This document shows positions 8,402 to 13,662 of a DNA stretch of 13,662 bases, in pieces (position 1 is the first letter of the stretch; each line of letters begins with the position of its first letter). The notes beneath the pieces are model-generated. The model was not told the DNA's origin, did not search any database, and saw nothing but the letters and a program-made list of their open reading frames with translations. The position numbers and the translations under genes are program-made. Source of the DNA: Verrucomicrobiota bacterium (GTDB lineage: Bacteria; Verrucomicrobiota; Verrucomicrobiia; Opitutales; Cerasicoccaceae); contig JBCBUK010000025.1 of NCBI GenBank assembly GCA_039818205.1, positions 1 to 13,662 of the forward strand. The letters run 5' to 3'.

Positions 8402-8872
8402 TTACTTCGGATCCTGGCATTCCTGGCAAACGCCATAAATCTCAACTACTGGTCCAACCTGAGCGAATCCCTGATTCCTTGCATGTTCCTCAACGATCTG
8501 CGACAGGCTTGGCAAAACAGGCTCGCTGTGAAAGCAACTCCGACAGATGAGCCGTGCTACTTCGCTCGACTTCGGACAAATTTGAAACAATCCGGTACCA
8601 TCTTCAGAATACATCCGCCTGACTAACCCCAATTCCTCAAAGGCATCCATTGCTCGATAGATGGTCGCTAGGTCGGGGGTATACTCACTCAACTGCTCGC
8701 GAACATCCAGGGCGCTGACCGGACCGTCCGCTTCGAGCAACAACGAGATCATGCGTATGCGTTTTGGTGTCGCCCGCATGCCAGTCGCTTTCATCTTCTC
8801 AACAAAAGATTGAACAAGCTGATCGCGAGAATCAGTCGATTCAATTGAACCGTTGTCGTTGCTTTCAGGCAT
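8402..8872 (-). CDS. Fur/Zur-family transcriptional regulator (atypical, lacks the His-rich motif)
   Basis: GMRATPKR, LATIYRAM..FEELGLV winged helix, LICRSC and YGVCQEC CxxC pairs. Confidence 0.88.
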   Translation of the reverse strand: MPESNDNGSIESTDSRDQLVQSFVEKMKATGMRATPKRIRMISLLLEADGPVSALDVREQLSEYTPDLATIYRAMDAFEELGLVRRMYSEDGTGLFQICPKSSEVARLICRSCFHSEPVLPSLSQIVEEHARNQGFAQVGPVVEIYGVCQECQDPK

Positions 8873-8957
8873 CCATCATATGAAATTAACGATCAAACTA
8901 CAGCCGCCTAAACGGTAAAAGCTATCACCCCAAAGGAGCGTCAACATGAGAAGAATA

Positions 8958-10076
8958 CTAAGGCTCCAGGCGAACCAGCACACGCGCAAAATATTGATCC
9001 GCAGAATTAGTCGACATCGTAATATTTACCCGCTCCCATGTATCATCAATACTGTTAACAGTTTCCTGGGAGATCGTTTGCCAACCAGAGTCTCCGAGAT
9101 CAGTTGAGTATTGCGCCATGTAACTGATATCAGGGGAAGTCTCCTGCTTCCTCCGAATGTATTCGATGCTCAACTCGCCGTTGTTGAATTCGACCAGCGG
9201 CAATCCGGCAGTTCCGCTCGAAGCAACCAAGTACTCATGGTCATTTTCGTCTGGAGAAAGATTGAACGCGTATTCGAGTAGGAGCGGCACCTTATCGCCT
9301 TCGAGATCAGTCGCGACTCCGGTGACTGCTTCGCTGACCAATTCGGCACCAGAGAAATAGCCCGCCTTCCAGGTCGCGTAAGTACCAACGGTAAAAATGG
9401 CTCCCTCAACGGTACTTTCTACCAGGCCAGTCTGGTTCGGGCCAGTAAATGCGCTGGCTTGCAAATTGAGTTGATAAACCCCCTTCTCCGTAAAGCCCCA
9501 ATTGACGTGACTGTGGGAATTTTCGAATTGATAATAGGCGTCAGTCGAATCGATACCATCCGAGGTCGCGCCCCATACCTGAATACCGGAAGCCGATTGC
9601 CACATCGAAAATTGCGGGTTCGATCCCGCTCCCAGGTAATTAACCCCAACTAAGGAAATTTTGATCCATTGCTGGTCGCCAAGCTGGCTGACACGGGAGT
9701 CTATTGAAGTGTAAGCGGCCAAACTACCATCGGACTGATCATTGCGAAACCCGGGCCACGTGTATCCGCTATCGGTTTGCGAGATAATCCAAATCGGTTC
9801 CCCCGGATCGGCTCCAAGAAAATCGAAAACAGCGCTGTCTGGAACCGCGAACCGCTCTCCACCGGAACCTGCAGGAAAATCTCTCAACGGGAGCGCGACT
9901 TCATTAAACGGAGACCTTAATGGCGCATCAAAGTCTCCGTGAGCGATCTCCAAGTTCCAACTAGTGTTGGAGAACTCGTAGTTGAATGACAAGTCGAGGT
10001 GCCCATTAACAATGATTGAGCCTTGTCCAAAGGCACATGACGAACAGGCGAGCGAAAATGCGAGAAATCGATACAT
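8958..10076 (-). CDS. Secreted TIGR03769/choice-of-anchor-M-like domain protein with C-terminal module; putative metal-scavenging surface protein
   Basis: Signal peptide MYRFLAFSLACSSCAFG; GHLDL, FDFLGADPGEPIWIISQT, WPGF and HSHVNWGFTEKGVYQL match my recollection of this domain. Confidence 0.8.
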   Translation of the reverse strand: MYRFLAFSLACSSCAFGQGSIIVNGHLDLSFNYEFSNTSWNLEIAHGDFDAPLRSPFNEVALPLRDFPAGSGGERFAVPDSAVFDFLGADPGEPIWIISQTDSGYTWPGFRNDQSDGSLAAYTSIDSRVSQLGDQQWIKISLVGVNYLGAGSNPQFSMWQSASGIQVWGATSDGIDSTDAYYQFENSHSHVNWGFTEKGVYQLNLQASAFTGPNQTGLVESTVEGAIFTVGTYATWKAGYFSGAELVSEAVTGVATDLEGDKVPLLLEYAFNLSPDENDHEYLVASSGTAGLPLVEFNNGELSIEYIRRKQETSPDISYMAQYSTDLGDSGWQTISQETVNSIDDTWERVNITMSTNSADQYFARVLVRLEP

Positions 10077-10246
10077 TGGTTGCTGATTGAATCCAGGGAG
10101 GCTCTCTTTGGCCTAGTTTCAAGGTCTTGAATCTAATGCCAGGGGAAAATTCCAAGTCCCACACCATGGAATCATGCGGGGCTCAGTGCCGCCAAGATCA
10201 GTAGACGGTTTTCTCCCCTGTTAAGGAGATCCGTCAGGAAATTCTT

Positions 10247-10265
10247 AACGCAAACATTTTGCAAT
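10247..10265. promoter_or_regulatory. Candidate Zur/Fur-type operator
   Basis: Minus strand ATTGCAAAATGTTTGCGTT with a GCAA-N5-TTGC dyad, about 170 bp upstream of the first gene of the putative zinc cluster. Confidence 0.45.
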
Positions 10266-10321
10266 AAGAAAACCTCGGAATTTTCGCAGCTTCTACCACT
10301 TCGAGATCGACTCGGAAGGCT

Positions 10322-10924
10322 TCAACCGAGTTTCCGCTTGCGCGCGACAAACTGCACCACGGAGGCCAGGCCGGTGTGATAGCACCCTTCGAGCACTTCA
10401 CGGTCAATCTCCTGCGAGAGCACGATGTCGCAATTGGGAAATGCGGATTCAAAATCCTTTCGACTCATCAACAAATCCAGGTCTTTGGGACCACCCGTAT
10501 CGCGGTGAATCTGCTCCTTCGAATAGGCTTCGCACAGGATCAATCCACCGGGAACTAAACAACGCTCCACCAAGGGATAAAGCCGTTGCCGAATGGCACT
10601 CGGCAGGTGCGCAAAAATGGATACGACCGTGCCGTAGTGGTTCTCGCGAGGATTGAACTCCGCCAGGTCAACAACATCGGTTTGAATCGAAACCCCTCGC
10701 GAATCAGCAAGCCGGTGGGCTTTCGCGAGACCAACGCTCGAGGCGTCCACTCCGTAGACCTCAAGTCCAATTGTGGCCATATACACCGCATTGCGCCCCT
10801 CGCCCTCTGCTAGTGCCAACACTGGCCCTGATAGGAGCGATGCCTGTTGCACCAGGAAAGTGTTCGGCTCCGTGCCAAACGCAAATTCGTCTTCTGAATA
10901 CCTTTCATCCCACTTCGGCTGCAT
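10322..10924 (-). CDS. Class I SAM-dependent methyltransferase (TehB/TPMT-like)
   Basis: WDERY..FGTEPN N-terminus, motif I VLALAEGEGRNA, GVDAS, and LVPGGLIL. Confidence 0.9.
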   Translation of the reverse strand: MQPKWDERYSEDEFAFGTEPNTFLVQQASLLSGPVLALAEGEGRNAVYMATIGLEVYGVDASSVGLAKAHRLADSRGVSIQTDVVDLAEFNPRENHYGTVVSIFAHLPSAIRQRLYPLVERCLVPGGLILCEAYSKEQIHRDTGGPKDLDLLMSRKDFESAFPNCDIVLSQEIDREVLEGCYHTGLASVVQFVARKRKLG

Positions 10925-11046
10925 ACGATCTGACTAAAGCCGATTGGCCATAGTCGTCAAGCGGATCGAAGACTTAGCCCACAGCACAGCTGTGCTCCGT
11001 GAACTACCGAAAGAATCCAAAATTGCTTCGCATAAACGACATTGGC

Positions 11047-12078
11047 TCAAGGATTCCGCGCTGCGTGGGTCAAGGCATTGTCTACGATATCCGCAATCTT
11101 GAACGCTTCGTCTTCGGACCAGTTTTCCCGTTCGGCTTCCAGCCACACTTGTAATCCGTCGGCATCATTCCGAGCCCAATCCATGATGACTTCATTCAGG
11201 TTAACCGCCCGCCGGTGCTCATCGCTCGCTGAGCTCGCTATGCCGATCAGGTAGGAATAACTATGCTGCTGCTTCATTGCCTGATTCAAAAGATGGGCGA
11301 TCGCCGGATCGCTATCGGGCAAATCAGGAACGGTGTTCAATAGCTCGACAGCCTCATCAATATCATCATTGGCTATTTGGTAGACGAGCGCATTGAGCGC
11401 GACTTGCCGAGTATGACCTTCGGGAAGCTGTAGGCTTTTCTTCCAGGCGTTTTCAGCGTCGTGTTCAAGCAAGAGAAAAGCCACCGTGCTTCCGCCACTG
11501 GTTGCCGCTTGAGTATCTGGATTCTCTCGAATCCATTGCCAGACGAACTCGGCATCTGAAGCGGTTTGAACATGCTGAAAAAGATCAACCGCAACATAAC
11601 CGTGCAACAGGTCGGCGCCGCGTAGCTCATCAAGATCAGACATTGCCGATTCTAACGAATCCTTTTGCAGAAAATGATTGGTGAGGATGGTTGCAAGGTC
11701 GGTTATCTGAGCCGCAATTGCTGCGTCATGCTCATAGGCATCGTTCGGCTGGCGAGCGTAGGAACCCAATTCAACCAGGTGCTTTAGGAAACGTTGTTCA
11801 TCGGTCGCGAGCAGTTCGGCGACACAGTCCAACTGCGCATTCTCAATACAGCTACTTAGCTGCGTTTCAAATGAAACCACGTCAGCTTCGGCAGCGTTCA
11901 ACGGCTCCGGCTCGTTAGTCGAGGAGGCCTCAACTAATTCCGGTTCGGGCAGACTAACGGAAACAATCGCGGTTGGGTTCGGCGCATTAGCTTCCTCAAT
12001 CGGCTCCGCGAAAAATATAATCCACGCGAGGCCTACCAAGACTACCGAAAACAGGAGAAGAAGGACTTTAATTTTCAT
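11047..12078 (-). CDS. Hypothetical N-terminally membrane-anchored, acidic alpha-helical repeat protein
   Basis: 343-aa ORF with a hydrophobic N-terminus, Pro/Glu linker and repeated helical units (DAENAWKKSLQLPEG, DIDEAVELLNTVPD, WARNDADGLQVWL). Confidence 0.8.
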   Translation of the reverse strand: MKIKVLLLLFSVVLVGLAWIIFFAEPIEEANAPNPTAIVSVSLPEPELVEASSTNEPEPLNAAEADVVSFETQLSSCIENAQLDCVAELLATDEQRFLKHLVELGSYARQPNDAYEHDAAIAAQITDLATILTNHFLQKDSLESAMSDLDELRGADLLHGYVAVDLFQHVQTASDAEFVWQWIRENPDTQAATSGGSTVAFLLLEHDAENAWKKSLQLPEGHTRQVALNALVYQIANDDIDEAVELLNTVPDLPDSDPAIAHLLNQAMKQQHSYSYLIGIASSASDEHRRAVNLNEVIMDWARNDADGLQVWLEAERENWSEDEAFKIADIVDNALTHAARNP

Positions 12079-12133
12079 CGCTTGTGACTGACTTCCTAAG
12101 GGTTATCTACTCAACGGCATCACCATAAATTGG

Positions 12134-12168
12134 GAAAACCGAGGCTCTTCGCCTCTAAGAGCCTCGGT
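12134..12168 (-). terminator. Rho-independent terminator after the beta-helix gene
   Basis: Perfect 12-bp stem ACCGAGGCTCTT/AAGAGCCTCGGT (12138-12168), 7-nt loop, short T run on the minus strand. Confidence 0.75.
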
Positions 12169-12196
12169 CCATCCTAGCACAGGAAGCTTCCCCAGA

Positions 12197-13441
12197 TCAG
12201 AAGTTAATCACTGGATTGTTACCCACCTGCGTAAAGGTGAATTGCCAGCGGTCCTGCGGCTTATTCCAACCGTTCTCGGTGTGGGTGGCCATCGCGTAAG
12301 GCCGCGACGGGCTAGTCATCGCACTCATATTGAGATAGTTGAACCGGCCGTTCGTCACGTTTTGAGCTTTGAGTCCAATTCCATTGGTAAGCGGCCATTT
12401 TTTGTCTACACGGTTACCCCATCCAACGAGGATGTTTTTGCATCCCCACTTGAACCGTGGCGGTGCTCCGTGGTCGGTAAAACTTACCAACCCAAATCCG
12501 CTAATTTCCCTGGCCGGATTGCTGCCCACATGCGAAATGGTCACGTGGTTGTCGAACAGATCCATGTTCGCGGATTGGTTCTCAAAATGGATCGCTTCAA
12601 TATAGTTGTCGGGCGTCGCACTGATGATCATGCGGTTGCCTTGGATGGTAACTCCAGCGCCGCGGGCAAATCCAATACCAAAGCGGCGATTGCCGCTGAC
12701 CGTGTTATTGCGTACATAGGATCTGCCAAACCAGGCAAAGCGGGTTGGCTCTTCCATTACACGAAAACGCAGTGGGTGGTTCGGGTTGCTCGCGGGCGTG
12801 TAGTTGCCATCATTTCCGCAGTCGAAACGAAGCCCCCCTTGGAAATCGCCGTAGAGTTGATTGTCATCGATGTAGAGGGGGCCCGCTTGGGTGGCACGGG
12901 CAAACTTCGCGTCGTCATTCGATCCCGGAACCGCAAGCACTTCACGCCCATGCCAACAAGCGGCATACCAGACGCTGTTGAATGTGTTACTCTTGAAGTT
13001 TAAGTTGCGCGGTGGGGTATGCGGCAACATGAGTCCCATCATTCCACTGTTGAACGTGCAGCCACTAATGGTCAGTCCAACGGAATCATAACCGACGATA
13101 AATCCACGCCAGTTACGGTTAGTCGAACCTTGAAATTTCGTGTTCTTGATTGTGACACCGTCGGCTCGAACCTGAAACGTATTTCCATTGAAATCGTCAA
13201 AGATGGTATAGCCTTGGCCATCCAATGTAAGGTTTGCTTTGTTGAAGGTAACCGCTTTGCCCATGCGGATATCTCCGGTTAACTTTATGGTATCACCTGG
13301 GGCAGCTTGATTGATCTTATTCTGAAGCTGGTAAGCCCATCCGGGACCAACTTGATGTGTCGCCGCATAAGCGCTGGCGAGAGACAAGACACATGTCGCA
13401 ACGAGAGACACACGTCGTACTATTAGGGGTATAGTTGTCAT
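12197..13441 (-). CDS. Secreted right-handed parallel beta-helix protein, putative polysaccharide-active enzyme
   Basis: Signal peptide ending SAYA; typical cap LQNKINQAAPGDTIKL..NLTLDGQG; PbH1-like rungs (GVTIKNTKF, GLTISGCTF, FKSNTF, VRNNTV, GVTIQGNRM). Confidence 0.85.
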   Translation of the reverse strand: MTTIPLIVRRVSLVATCVLSLASAYAATHQVGPGWAYQLQNKINQAAPGDTIKLTGDIRMGKAVTFNKANLTLDGQGYTIFDDFNGNTFQVRADGVTIKNTKFQGSTNRNWRGFIVGYDSVGLTISGCTFNSGMMGLMLPHTPPRNLNFKSNTFNSVWYAACWHGREVLAVPGSNDDAKFARATQAGPLYIDDNQLYGDFQGGLRFDCGNDGNYTPASNPNHPLRFRVMEEPTRFAWFGRSYVRNNTVSGNRRFGIGFARGAGVTIQGNRMIISATPDNYIEAIHFENQSANMDLFDNHVTISHVGSNPAREISGFGLVSFTDHGAPPRFKWGCKNILVGWGNRVDKKWPLTNGIGLKAQNVTNGRFNYLNMSAMTSPSRPYAMATHTENGWNKPQDRWQFTFTQVGNNPVINF

Positions 13442-13533
13442 AGTACTCTATTTTTGAGGTTCATGATTATGGTTCAGAGTCTGCTGGCTTCGCCTCGCCG
13501 CAAACGTCCACTAGAAACCCACGCGGCCAATCG

Positions 13534-13549
13534 CTTGTCACGTGACAAG
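13534..13549. promoter_or_regulatory. Perfect 16-bp palindrome, candidate operator
   Basis: CTTGTCACGTGACAAG, 92 bp upstream of the beta-helix ATG. Confidence 0.6.
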
Positions 13550-13662
13550 TCTCGGACGCAAAAAAGATCGCTCAAACAAGAGCTTAGACGGGTATAATTA
13601 GGGGAGATTGTGGGGTAAGCGGGAACACGTAGAGCACATCACGTCGATACCGCGCGGACTAA

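Noticed and set aside
10140..10240. Cobalamin riboswitch upstream of a CobW-family cluster
   Set aside because: Only fragments (AGGGGA, GCCCCGCA) resemble it; the conserved order and B12 box are absent.
12242..13003. 253-aa plus-strand ORF and the other antisense or nested ORFs in the track
   Set aside because: Shadow frames of well-supported genes, expected at this GC content and codon bias.

Overview
Accessory region of a probable marine Verrucomicrobiota (Opitutia-like) genome. The taxon is inferred from protein architectures only. Left to right: (1) an AT-rich, hairpin-dense ~950 bp stretch with weak orphan ORFs; (2) a secreted multidomain formylglycine sulfatase, divergent from an enolase-superfamily acid-sugar dehydratase plus KDPG-type aldolase pair that has no kinase; (3) a stand-alone BLUF photoreceptor; (4) a 55-aa ORF missing from the ORF track, with a near-consensus sigma70 promoter; (5) a probable zinc-limitation cluster of a TIGR03769/choice-of-anchor-M-like surface protein, a Fur-family regulator lacking the usual His metal-sensing ligands, and a COG0523 GTPase, preceded by a candidate operator; (6) a SAM methyltransferase; (7) a membrane-anchored helical protein; (8) a secreted beta-helix protein with a perfect 16-bp palindrome upstream. 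I saw no rRNA, tRNA, CRISPR array, transposase or integrase. All family calls are from motif recognition by eye; no database searches were run.
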